In this document: positions 19,200-28,228 of the stretch, in pieces
Layout: every line of letters begins with the position of its first letter
How positions within the stretch are numbered: the stretch's first letter is position 1
DNA from: Paraburkholderia sp.
Lineage (GTDB): Bacteria > Pseudomonadota > Gammaproteobacteria > Burkholderiales > Burkholderiaceae
Assembly: GCF_050742655.1 (NCBI RefSeq)
Contig: NZ_JBOIGG010000017.1
Span: 10,144 to 74,143 of the forward strand
DNA length: 64,000 nt
Direction: 5' to 3'
Made by a program: the position numbers and the translations under genes
The notes under the pieces: generated by a model
What the model was told of the DNA's origin: nothing
What the model saw: the letters and a program-made list of their open reading frames with translations, nothing else
The model's database searches: none

Positions 19200-22100
19200 T
19201 CAAGCAGCACCCAGCAACTGACGGCCATATCGGGCAATCGCGTTGTCCAGATCAACGCCCGCGAGACCATGCGTCCGTTCGAGCGCATCGCAACCCGCCC
19301 GGTCGAAGAGACCGGGATTGTCCGTCAGCAAAACCGAGAACGTCGCGGCCAGCGCGGCCTCGTCGTTTTGCGCGGACGGCAGCAACCGGCGCAGCAAACT
19401 GAGTTCGTGTGATCCATGCTGCGCGATGTGCGCGTCCAGCGCGGCAAGCCATTGCCCGCACGAGAGCGTATCGAGCGTGGCGCCGGCATGCGAAAACGCT
19501 TCGGTGAAGCACACGCTCCGCGGATGGAATACGTGGTACGTACGGTCCCATGCGTCGATATCGAAGACTGCCGATACCACGCGGGACGCGACGTAGTCGA
19601 CCGGCGACCAGTCCGAACGCATCGGCACGGAGGGTCTCGCGTTCAGCTGCGCCATCGCCGTCAGCAGGAAGTGCGTGAGCGCCCGCGGATTCGGTACACA
19701 ACGTGCTCCCTCGCCGCCCGACGGCATCACCTCGCCGAGCCGGAACACCGTGACCGGCAATCCGGTCAGACGTGCGTCGAGCAGCATCCGTTCGGCGATC
19801 CACTTCGAGCGGCTGTAGCCGGAACGCGGAATGATCGCGTGGCTGGGATCGAACGCTTCGTCGAGCGGCGAAGTGCGGCGCGCGGCTTCCTGCTCGAACG
19901 CGCCGAGCGTCGACACGAAGAAGAACGGCTTCTCGCGACGCTCGAGCGACAGGCGCAGTAACTGCTGCGTCGCGAGCACGTTCGACGCTCGATGCGCACG
20001 ATAGTCGTAAGCGAAATTGACGAGCGCTCCGCAGTGGACGATCGCGTCGCAGCGCGCGGCGAGTGCGTCGCGATGCGATGGGTCGAGGCCGAGTCCCGGT
20101 GCGGCGAGATCGCCGCCGACCGCATGAAGTCTCCCCGCATAACGCGCATCCCACAGATGCTTTTCGTCGAAGCATTCGACCAGCCTGCGCTGCGGATCGC
20201 CGTCCGTGCGCAGCAGGACGACGACCTCCAGATCGTCGTCGCGATCCAGCAGCGCCTTCGCGAGATAATTGCCGACGAAGCCGGTGCCGCCCGTCAGCAG
20301 CACGCTGCGAGGTGCGTGTCGTCGGGCCAGCGATGGCATGTACCGTGCGTCACGCGTCTCGCGGTTACCGATGCTCGCGTCCGCAGCCGGCGATATGTCG
20401 AACAGCTTCCCGTGCGCGGTCGCGAAGAAGCGCGCATCGCGCTCCATCAGCGCCTCTTCGGGTTCGCCCGTATCGCCGCCTGCAAGCAGATGCTCGATGT
20501 GCCGGCCGGCCTTCGCCGCGCTCGCATGCGCGAGCAGATCGCTGACGCTAAAGCGCAGCGCAAACAGACGCTCGAGTTCAATCGCCGTCGCAAGCGCGTT
20601 GAGCGAGTCCCCGCCGGCTTCGAAGAAGTCGTCGTCGACGCCGAGATCCGCGCAGCGCAACTGCGCACCAAACACCGCCAGCACGCGCGCGATCACGTCG
20701 TCATCTGCGACGGGCACGGCGTGAAGCATCTGAAGATTGGTGTCGGCGAGATAGTCGTCGAGCTGTTCCTGCAGGACCTTGCGATTCACTTTCCCGCTTT
20801 CCGCCAGCGGCATCGAGGCGAGCACGAAGTAATGCCGCGGCAGGGACGCGCGCGGCAGAACCCCGCGCAGATGCCGCTCGATTGTCGTGCGGTCGAGATC
20901 CGCTGCGCCGGTCACGAAGAGTGCAATCGACCGCGTGCCGCGCTCGCCCGCGACGAATGCCTTCGCGTGATGCACATGGGGGCAGCGCTCCGCGGCCGCC
21001 TCGATCTCGCCGAGTTCGATCCGCACGCCGCCCACCTTCACCTGAAAGTCCTTGCGGCCGACAAAACGCAGTTCGCCGTGGCTGTCGAAATAGCCGAGAT
21101 CGCCGGTACGGTAGAGCGTCGCACCGGGAATCGTCGGGAACGGGTTGTCGATGAACACGTGCCCGGTCAGTTCGGGTCGTCCGACGTAGCCGGCGCCGAC
21201 GCAGATACCCCCGATCAGCAACTCGCCGCACGCGCCGGGCGGCAGCGGTCGCAGCTCAGGGTCGACGATGACGACATAGCAGTTGTCGATCGGGCGGCCA
21301 ATCGGGATCGACATGCCGTCTGCCGCCTCAGCCGGATGAAAGACCATGCCGATCGACGTCTCCGTCGGACCATACGCGTTCGTGATCCGCAGATGCGGCA
21401 ACAGCGTGCGCATCTTGTGAACCATCGGCGGCGTAATTTCCTCGCCGCCCACGATCAACTCCGCGAGCGTCGAGAGCTTCGCGCAAACCTGGTCGTCGTG
21501 TTCGGCGAGTGCAACGATCTGATTGAACACGCTCGGCACGAAGTCCGTCATCGTGACGCGATAGCGCGCGATCGTGTCGACCGTCGTCTCGAGATCGAGG
21601 AAAGCACCCTGCTTCGGAATCACGACTTTCGCGCCGGTCGTCAGCGGCCAGAACAGTTGCCAGACCGACGAGTCGAACGTGTGCCGACTGTTTTGCAGAA
21701 TGCACGCGCTGTCGCCTGCCACACGATCGAAATAGCGCGACATGAAGCGGAAGCGGTTTGCGAGCCCGCCGTGCAGGTTCAGCGCGCACTTCGCGCGACC
21801 CGTCGTGCCCGACGTGAAAATGCCGTAGATCGCATCGCCCGGTTCGATCCCGACATCGGGCCGCGCGCGCTGCGGCTCGAGCAGATCGACGTCGATCGCG
21901 AGCGCGCCGGCGCGAAATGCCGCGGGCAAATCGTCTGCGTTTGCGCAGACCACGACGTCGCTCGACAGCTCCTCCAGTGCCTGCACGAGACGCTCGACAG
22001 GCCAGGCATGATCGAGCGGCACGAACGCGGCGCCGAGCTTCATCAGCGCGTGATACGCGACCGGCATCTCGAGACTGTTCACGAGCAGCACCGGAACGAT

Positions 22101-22949
22101 CGAGCCTTTCACCACGCCGCGCGTGGCGAGTTCGACAGCAAAGGCATTCGCCAGGCGATCGAACCCGGCGTAGGTGAGCCAGCGGCCATCGAAGCAAAAC
22201 GCGGGACGTGCCGGGTGCCGGTCGACGCTGTCTTCGATCATCCGTGGAATCGCACGCCACGCACCGTTGTCGTACGCTTCGCCCGCGAGTGCGCCGACCA
22301 CGCTCTCGAACGAAGCGGAGCCGAGACCGCGCGCGGTGCCAGGCGTCGCCTCCGGATCAGTGAGCAATTCGTGCAGGATTTCCGCATACAGCTCGGCGAC
22401 CGCGTCGCACGCCTGCGCCCACGGATCATCCTCCGCGCAGACGGCGATCACCGACAGCATGTCTTCGCCGAGCCGGCACAGGATGCGCACGGCTGCCCGC
22501 CCCGCATTCAGTTCGACGGGGCGACTGATCAGGTCGACCTGCATCGCCCGATCGGGGACGTCGGCGCTGCGCGCGGCATCGAGCAGGCGTAGCGCCTGAT
22601 CGCGCGGCGCGAAGTTCAGCGACTCGTAGGGCCACTGGGTCCAATGCGCGATGCCGGGCACTGTGTCGCGACGGTGGCGGCTATCGACCGTCACCGGCAA
22701 ATAGCGGTCGAGTCGTGTGCATGTCTCGATCGCGGCGAGCGCGGCCGTCAGTGTGAGTGTCGGGACATCCGCGGCCGGTTCGATCCGTCGCACGGGCCTC
22801 GCATAATGGCCGAGTATCTGAACGGCGTATTGATGTGATATCGGACTCGATACAGAAGTTGATATCGGAGTCGATATCGCCGCATCGGCAATATCAAACG
22901 CGCTGGCCGCATTCTCGTTTTCTGAAGTCGTTAAATGTGTTCGCACCAT
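19200..22949 (-). CDS. stand-alone NRPS-like A-T-R (adenylation, carrier, thioester reductase) enzyme
   Basis: A-domain motifs IFTSGTTG, TFDSS, NAYGPTE, YRTGDL, GRKDFQVKVGG.RIELGEIE and SGKVNRK. Carrier-domain DDFFEAGGDSL. Reductase LLTGGTGFVG and YSRSKW (YxxxK). Start is uncertain; 22949 was chosen. Confidence 0.93.
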   Translation of the reverse strand: MVRTHLTTSENENAASAFDIADAAISTPISTSVSSPISHQYAVQILGHYARPVRRIEPAADVPTLTLTAALAAIETCTRLDRYLPVTVDSRHRRDTVPGIAHWTQWPYESLNFAPRDQALRLLDAARSADVPDRAMQVDLISRPVELNAGRAAVRILCRLGEDMLSVIAVCAEDDPWAQACDAVAELYAEILHELLTDPEATPGTARGLGSASFESVVGALAGEAYDNGAWRAIPRMIEDSVDRHPARPAFCFDGRWLTYAGFDRLANAFAVELATRGVVKGSIVPVLLVNSLEMPVAYHALMKLGAAFVPLDHAWPVERLVQALEELSSDVVVCANADDLPAAFRAGALAIDVDLLEPQRARPDVGIEPGDAIYGIFTSGTTGRAKCALNLHGGLANRFRFMSRYFDRVAGDSACILQNSRHTFDSSVWQLFWPLTTGAKVVIPKQGAFLDLETTVDTIARYRVTMTDFVPSVFNQIVALAEHDDQVCAKLSTLAELIVGGEEITPPMVHKMRTLLPHLRITNAYGPTETSIGMVFHPAEAADGMSIPIGRPIDNCYVVIVDPELRPLPPGACGELLIGGICVGAGYVGRPELTGHVFIDNPFPTIPGATLYRTGDLGYFDSHGELRFVGRKDFQVKVGGVRIELGEIEAAAERCPHVHHAKAFVAGERGTRSIALFVTGAADLDRTTIERHLRGVLPRASLPRHYFVLASMPLAESGKVNRKVLQEQLDDYLADTNLQMLHAVPVADDDVIARVLAVFGAQLRCADLGVDDDFFEAGGDSLNALATAIELERLFALRFSVSDLLAHASAAKAGRHIEHLLAGGDTGEPEEALMERDARFFATAHGKLFDISPAADASIGNRETRDARYMPSLARRHAPRSVLLTGGTGFVGNYLAKALLDRDDDLEVVVLLRTDGDPQRRLVECFDEKHLWDARYAGRLHAVGGDLAAPGLGLDPSHRDALAARCDAIVHCGALVNFAYDYRAHRASNVLATQQLLRLSLERREKPFFFVSTLGAFEQEAARRTSPLDEAFDPSHAIIPRSGYSRSKWIAERMLLDARLTGLPVTVFRLGEVMPSGGEGARCVPNPRALTHFLLTAMAQLNARPSVPMRSDWSPVDYVASRVVSAVFDIDAWDRTYHVFHPRSVCFTEAFSHAGATLDTLSCGQWLAALDAHIAQHGSHELSLLRRLLPSAQNDEAALAATFSVLLTDNPGLFDRAGCDALERTHGLAGVDLDNAIARYGRQLLGAA

Positions 22950-23659
22950 TTTTTGTATGGGTAGACACAGAAAGCCACGACAATCGGATACGTCGGTCCA
23001 GACCGACGCGCTTATACACGCATGCTGCACTCCAGCAAACTGCTGCCGCGGTTCCGAAAACTGAAAGCGAGATATCACCGACGGTAAGGCCGCCGTCGAG
23101 CGGATACCTGAAATATGACGTCGTTATGTTTTTATCGCGCGCCCCGACCCTGGGTGAGGCATTGGATTATTTCTTTAGCGGATGAATCGCCGGCACGATT
23201 GGAGCAAGCCATTTTTCGATTGTCAACTGCGATTCGATGGCAAAAACTTTGCGGTCCGCGAACCTCGTAGTTTCGACTGGTCCGGTTTTATCGGGTCGTT
23301 TAAATCCTGAAGAGCGACGCCGTTTACTTCTTTTACGGCATCCGTTTTTCCTGCGAATTTTCCGTAGTCGAACGCTCGCGCAAAATCGCTATCTGAAAAC
23401 CTCTACGTACTTCGATATTTCGATACTTCAATACATCGGGCACGTTCGCCCCAACCTTGCGAAGGTCTTGCACAAGGTCACGCCCGACCTCCATCACCAC
23501 AGGCATATGGTTAAACAAACTGTCCGATAGTATGCTTCGGTGCAAGGTGCGGCACTCGAGCTTTGTCATGCCGATGACGAAGTTCTCGTTGATAGTTCGG
23601 AATGCTTTCCCGGTCTACTCGCAGGATAGGTCTTGTCCAAAGGGGAGTCCCAACAGGTC

Positions 23660-25315
23660 ATGTCTGAGCCGACTGAATACGTCTTCAAGCCGCATGAGCG
23701 GCCAACGCTGCCCGGCTCTCCCTACAATCCAGACCATCCTGGCGCACGGCGCGCCGGATATTTCGTGGTCGGTTGCCTGCTCGGCATCACGCAAGGCCTG
23801 GGCAACGCGCTGGTCACGGTGAATCTGAACTTCGCTCAAGGCACGCTCGGTCTCTTCAGCAACGAGGCCAACTGGCTGAGCGCCGCCTACTTCATGGTCT
23901 ACGTCTCGGCCAATCTGATGCTGGTGAAGTATCGCCAGCAATTCGGCCTGCAGGCCTTTATCCGCTACACCCTCGTGGTGTATGCGCTGATCAACCTGCT
24001 GCACCTGTTCGTTGAAACGTTCTGGATGGCGGTGGCCGTGCGCGCGGTCAGCGCCGTTGCCGCAGCCGGCCTGACGACGCTGGCCATCACCTACCTGCTT
24101 CAGGCGATGCCCACGCCGAAAAAGATGCACGGCATCATGATCGGCATCAGCATTCCCCAGCTTGCCGTTCCGCTCGCGCGCATCCTGTCGCCCGGGCTGC
24201 TGAATGCGGGCGACTGGCACATGCTTTACTGGTTCGAGTTCGCGATGGCGCTCGCGTCGCTCACCGCGGTGATGCTGCTGCCCTTACCGCGCAGCGACCG
24301 CACCAAAGTATTCGAGCCGCTGGACTTCCTCACCTTCGCCCTGCTCGGACCAGGCCTCGCGCTGCTGATCGCCGTGGTTTCCGAAGGACGGATCGAATGG
24401 TGGCTCGAGCGTGCATGGATGGGATGGTCGCTGGCTGCCGGCATTGCGCTGGTCGTCGCAGGGCTGCTGGTCGAACATCGACGTGCGAGCCCGCTGATCA
24501 ATACGCGATTTCTGAGCAGACGCGAGATGGTGCGGCTGATCCTGGTCGCAGCGGCGATCCGTATTCTGCTTTCCGAACAGGCTTTCGGCTCGGTCGGGCT
24601 GTTGACGATATTCGGCATGCTCAACGATCAGATGATTACGCTTAACCTGATCATCCTGAGCGCTTCGATCGCCGGAATCGCGGTCAGCGTATTGACCTTC
24701 AGGGCGGACAACCCCGCCTCAGCGGTTCGGCTGGCCACGCTCCTCATCGCGATTGGCGCATTCATGGATGCCGACGCGACCAACCTCACGCGGCCGGAGA
24801 ATTTCTACTTCACCCAGGCGCTGATCGGGTTCGCGTCGCTGCTGTTCCTCGGGCGTGCGATGGTAATCGGTATGGCGCAGATGCTACTGTCGGGCGGACA
24901 GAATTACGTCAGCTTCGTGGTGCTGTTCAATATCAGCCAGAGTGTCGGCGGACAGGTCGGCACCGCGTTGCTTGGCACCTTTCAGATAATGCGCGAGCGA
25001 TTCCATTCAAACGAACTGGTGCAGACCATCACGCTGGCCAATCCGGTAATCGCCGCACGAATCCGTGCGAATGGCGTGGCTGGGTTTTCGCAGATCGTGT
25101 CGCGTGAAGCCAATATCCTTGCGTATAACGATGTATTCCTGCTCGTTGGGGTACTCGCTGTGATGACATTGATCTGGGGTTTGGTGATTCGTTGGTCGAT
25201 ACGGCGGCGTAACGAGCTTTCGCCGATCATCGTTCTCCAGCAGAAAATAATGCAGGCACAGGCTGCACAAGCCGCACAAGCCGCACAAGCCGCACAAGCC
25301 GCTCATCAAAAATAA
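23660..25315 (+). CDS. MFS efflux inner-membrane subunit (DHA2/EmrB-like)
   Basis: About 14 hydrophobic segments and W.SWRWMFY-like DWHMLYWFEF. First gene of an MFS-MFP-OMF triad. Start moved to ATG 23660. Confidence 0.85.
   Translation: MSEPTEYVFKPHERPTLPGSPYNPDHPGARRAGYFVVGCLLGITQGLGNALVTVNLNFAQGTLGLFSNEANWLSAAYFMVYVSANLMLVKYRQQFGLQAFIRYTLVVYALINLLHLFVETFWMAVAVRAVSAVAAAGLTTLAITYLLQAMPTPKKMHGIMIGISIPQLAVPLARILSPGLLNAGDWHMLYWFEFAMALASLTAVMLLPLPRSDRTKVFEPLDFLTFALLGPGLALLIAVVSEGRIEWWLERAWMGWSLAAGIALVVAGLLVEHRRASPLINTRFLSRREMVRLILVAAAIRILLSEQAFGSVGLLTIFGMLNDQMITLNLIILSASIAGIAVSVLTFRADNPASAVRLATLLIAIGAFMDADATNLTRPENFYFTQALIGFASLLFLGRAMVIGMAQMLLSGGQNYVSFVVLFNISQSVGGQVGTALLGTFQIMRERFHSNELVQTITLANPVIAARIRANGVAGFSQIVSREANILAYNDVFLLVGVLAVMTLIWGLVIRWSIRRRNELSPIIVLQQKIMQAQAAQAAQAAQAAQAAHQK
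25265..25300 (+). repeat. 9-bp coding tandem repeat (GCACAAGCC)x4
   Basis: Four exact copies at 25265, 25274, 25283 and 25292, preceded by a degenerate GCACAGGCT. Encodes the (AQA)n tail of the MFS. Confidence 0.95.
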
Positions 25316-25338
25316 CGACGGAAAGGGAACGTGATTCG

Positions 25339-26481
25339 ATGAATACACCGAACGCAGGGCCGTCGAAGGCCGCCAACGAGCCGCCTGCTGCTGCCGCTGC
25401 TACAGCGGACCCGCTAGGCCCGCCGCGCGGATGGCGCCCACCCGAGAAAAATCAGGCGACCATCATCGGCATCGTGGTGCTCGCGATCATCGCGATACTC
25501 GTCATCCTGTACGCATGGCGGTTGCCACCGTTCTCCAGCTTGCCGGAAAAGACCGATAACGCCTACGTGCGCGGCTTCGTGACGGTCATCAGCCCACAGG
25601 TGAGCGGTTATGTCACGACCGTGCCGGTCAGCGACTTCGCCGAGGTGAAGGCCGGACAAGTGCTCGTGACGATCGACGACAGCACCTATCGCGCCCGGGT
25701 CGAGCAGGCCCAGGCCAACCTCGCCGCGCAGCGGGCCACATTCGCCAATTCCGCACAGTCGCAGCGCTCGCGCGAAATCGCCATCGAGGGCCAGGAAGCG
25801 AATATCGCGAGTGCCCGCGCGCAAGTCGTCCGCACCCAGGCAGACATGCGTCGCGCCGATGCGCTGGTCAAAGATGGCTCGCTGTCGAGACGCGAACACG
25901 ACCAGGCCCGCGCCGCGCTGCTCGCCGCGCAGGCCAGCTTGCAGCAAGCCGAGGCCAGTCGCGCGATCGGCTCGGAAGATGTTCGCACCGTGCTTGTCGC
26001 GCGTCCGGGACTGAAAGCCGCGATCGATGCGAATCAGGCCGCGTTGCTCAGTGCGCAAATCGACCTGGGCCACACGATCATCCGTGCGCCCGTCGACGGA
26101 CAGCTTTCCGAGGTGAGCGTGCGTAACGGCGCCTATGTCACCGCGGGTACCCAGTTGATGTCGCTGGTCCCGCACAGCGTATGGATCGTCGCCAATTACA
26201 AGGAAGCGCAGACCCGCCACATGCGCGTCGGTCAGCCCGCAACGTTCGAGGTCGATGCGCTCGGCGGCGCCGAACTGCGCGGCCATATCGAAGAAATTGC
26301 ACCGGCGACGGGATCGGAATTCGCGGCGATTCGATCCGACAACGCGACCGGGAATTTCGTCAAGGTGGCGCAGCGTATCGCCGTGCGCATCAACGTCGAC
26401 CCAGGGCAGGAACTGGCAAAACGGTTGCGGCCAGGCATGTCGGTCGAGACCTCGGTCGATACTCGCGGCGATAGACAATGA
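25339..26481 (+). CDS. HlyD/EmrA family periplasmic adaptor
   Basis: TDNAYV.G...ISPQVSG, TIIRAPVDG and NATGNFVKVAQRIAVRI motifs. Confidence 0.92.
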   Translation: MNTPNAGPSKAANEPPAAAAATADPLGPPRGWRPPEKNQATIIGIVVLAIIAILVILYAWRLPPFSSLPEKTDNAYVRGFVTVISPQVSGYVTTVPVSDFAEVKAGQVLVTIDDSTYRARVEQAQANLAAQRATFANSAQSQRSREIAIEGQEANIASARAQVVRTQADMRRADALVKDGSLSRREHDQARAALLAAQASLQQAEASRAIGSEDVRTVLVARPGLKAAIDANQAALLSAQIDLGHTIIRAPVDGQLSEVSVRNGAYVTAGTQLMSLVPHSVWIVANYKEAQTRHMRVGQPATFEVDALGGAELRGHIEEIAPATGSEFAAIRSDNATGNFVKVAQRIAVRINVDPGQELAKRLRPGMSVETSVDTRGDRQ

Positions 26482-27872
26482 GCTGCCGCGTTCCTCTCCT
26501 CGTTCTTGCCCTCGCCATGCTGACGGCCTGTAACGGACCACCAGTCAAGACCGCGGCAGTGCCCGACGTCACACCGCCTGCGACGTGGCGTACCGACGCC
26601 GGACCGACGATGCCGCTGGACACCGCCTGGTGGCGGCAATTCGGCGATCCGGTCCTGACTGCGCTGGTCGAAAAGGCGCTGGCCAACAATACCGATATCA
26701 ACGTCGCCATCAGTCGCGTGCGCGCAGCGCGTGCCAATGTGCAACTGGCTCGTGCAGCGCTTCTGCCGACGCTCGATTTCAACGCCGGTGGTGTGCGCTC
26801 GACCAGCGTCGGCCCCTTCGGCGAACCGCTTCACCAGAGTGGCGGGCAGTTCGAGGTCGAAGCGGCGTGGGAGGTGGATCTGTTCGGCCGGCTGTCGGAT
26901 CAACGTTCAGCGGCACGCGATGCGTATCTGGCCAGCGAAGCAGCACGGGACGCGACGCGGTTGTCGATTGCCGGTTCGACGGCGAGCGGCTACATCACGC
27001 TGCTGAGCCTCGACGCCCAATTGAAGATCGCGCACCAGACGCTGGCTGCGCGCAAGGATTCGCTGCGTCTTGCGAAGCGGCAGTTCGATGAGGGTTATTC
27101 GTCGAAGCTGGAGCTGCAACAGGCGCAGGCGGAATACGAATCGACCGAGCAACTCATTCCCAGCACCGAACTGGCTATTGCCAGGACCGAGAATGCATTG
27201 AGCCTGCTCACCGATGAAACGCCGGCAGCGATCGAGCGCGGTGGAATCTTCGATGCGTTGGCTGAGCCCAGCATCCCTGCGGGTCTGCCGTCGAGCCTGT
27301 TGCGCCGCCGCCCCGATGTCGCGGAGGCGGAGTATCAACTCGCGGCAGCAGACAAGTCACTGCTCGTGGCACGGAAGAATTTTCTGCCGCAGGTGCAGCT
27401 ATCGACCGCGCTCGGTCGGTCCTTTTCCACCGCACAGATTGACCCGATCACGATCTGGTCGCTGGGCGGCAGTATTCTCGCTCCGTTGTTCGAGGGCGGA
27501 AGGCTGACCGCCGAGGCCGAGAAGGCCGGCGCGCAGCGCGATCAGGCAGCGTTCGCCTATCGCGGCACAGTGCTGACTGCCTTCCGCGAAGTGGAAGACG
27601 CGCTCGCTTCGGCAAAGGACTACGACGAGCAGTTGACGCTCGTCAAAGCGCAGCGCGATACGCTGGTCGAAACGTTGCGCATCGCCACCAATCGCTATCG
27701 CGAAGGCTATACGACCTATCTGGATCAGCTCGATGCACAGCGTAATCTGCTCTCGGCGCAACTCAGTGTCGTGCAGATCCGCGCCAGCGCGCTGAGCTCG
27801 CGTGTGCAGCTTTATCAAGCGATGGGCGGTGGCTGGAGCGCCGATAGTATCGATCAGGCGAAGGCGGAATAG
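26478..27872 (+). CDS. outer membrane efflux factor (NodT/OprM family) lipoprotein
   Basis: Lipobox LTAC, WEVDLFGR, PSSLLRRRPDVAEAE and LYQAMGGGW motifs. Confidence 0.93.
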   Translation: MSCRVPLLVLALAMLTACNGPPVKTAAVPDVTPPATWRTDAGPTMPLDTAWWRQFGDPVLTALVEKALANNTDINVAISRVRAARANVQLARAALLPTLDFNAGGVRSTSVGPFGEPLHQSGGQFEVEAAWEVDLFGRLSDQRSAARDAYLASEAARDATRLSIAGSTASGYITLLSLDAQLKIAHQTLAARKDSLRLAKRQFDEGYSSKLELQQAQAEYESTEQLIPSTELAIARTENALSLLTDETPAAIERGGIFDALAEPSIPAGLPSSLLRRRPDVAEAEYQLAAADKSLLVARKNFLPQVQLSTALGRSFSTAQIDPITIWSLGGSILAPLFEGGRLTAEAEKAGAQRDQAAFAYRGTVLTAFREVEDALASAKDYDEQLTLVKAQRDTLVETLRIATNRYREGYTTYLDQLDAQRNLLSAQLSVVQIRASALSSRVQLYQAMGGGWSADSIDQAKAE

Positions 27873-27889
27873 TCACGGAGACCGTCGCC

Positions 27890-27907
27890 TCAACGTCCAG
27901 CGACGAA
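27890..27907 (+). repeat. degenerate direct repeat copy 2
   Basis: TCAACGTCcagCGACGAA, 18 bp after the OMF stop, matches 13843-13860 at 15 of 18 positions. Confidence 0.4.
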
Positions 27908-28228
27908 GCGCGCACAGACCTGGGGCATCTTCACCCTCTCTCCCGGAAAGCCGCGCACCACCGTGGCTTTCTTTGTCGTCCGCCGCGCCGTCATCCGCGT
28001 TTCTGCCGATGCGGGGTTCGGCGAGACGGGTGATACATTGCGCCATTCATGAGCCGGCGAGGCCCGCCAGCCGTGCCCGACGATCGTCGGCGGACCATGA
28101 AACACATCGAAAGATTAGCTTTCGCACAATCCGCAGGACTCCAGCATTTTATTGTCATCGACCGGAATTAGAATCGCGCATCCGCCCAACCGGCGTTCAC
28201 CACACAAGCTCTCGAAGGAGACCCATCG

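Larger units (their letters stand above)
14643..22949 (-). other. six-gene biosynthetic operon (NRPS-like, AKR, sulfotransferase, encapsulin, MFS, cysC)
   Basis: Six co-oriented genes with gaps of only about 26-61 bp and no terminator seen between them. Confidence 0.85.

Noticed and set aside
22200-22949. Complete condensation domain in the NRPS-like protein
   Set aside because: The region is too short (about 230 aa) and has no HHxxxDG motif. At most it is a C-terminal remnant.
28100-28228. PHO box upstream of ugpB
   Set aside because: Only a single TTGTCAT half-site is visible, with no second 11-bp-spaced repeat.
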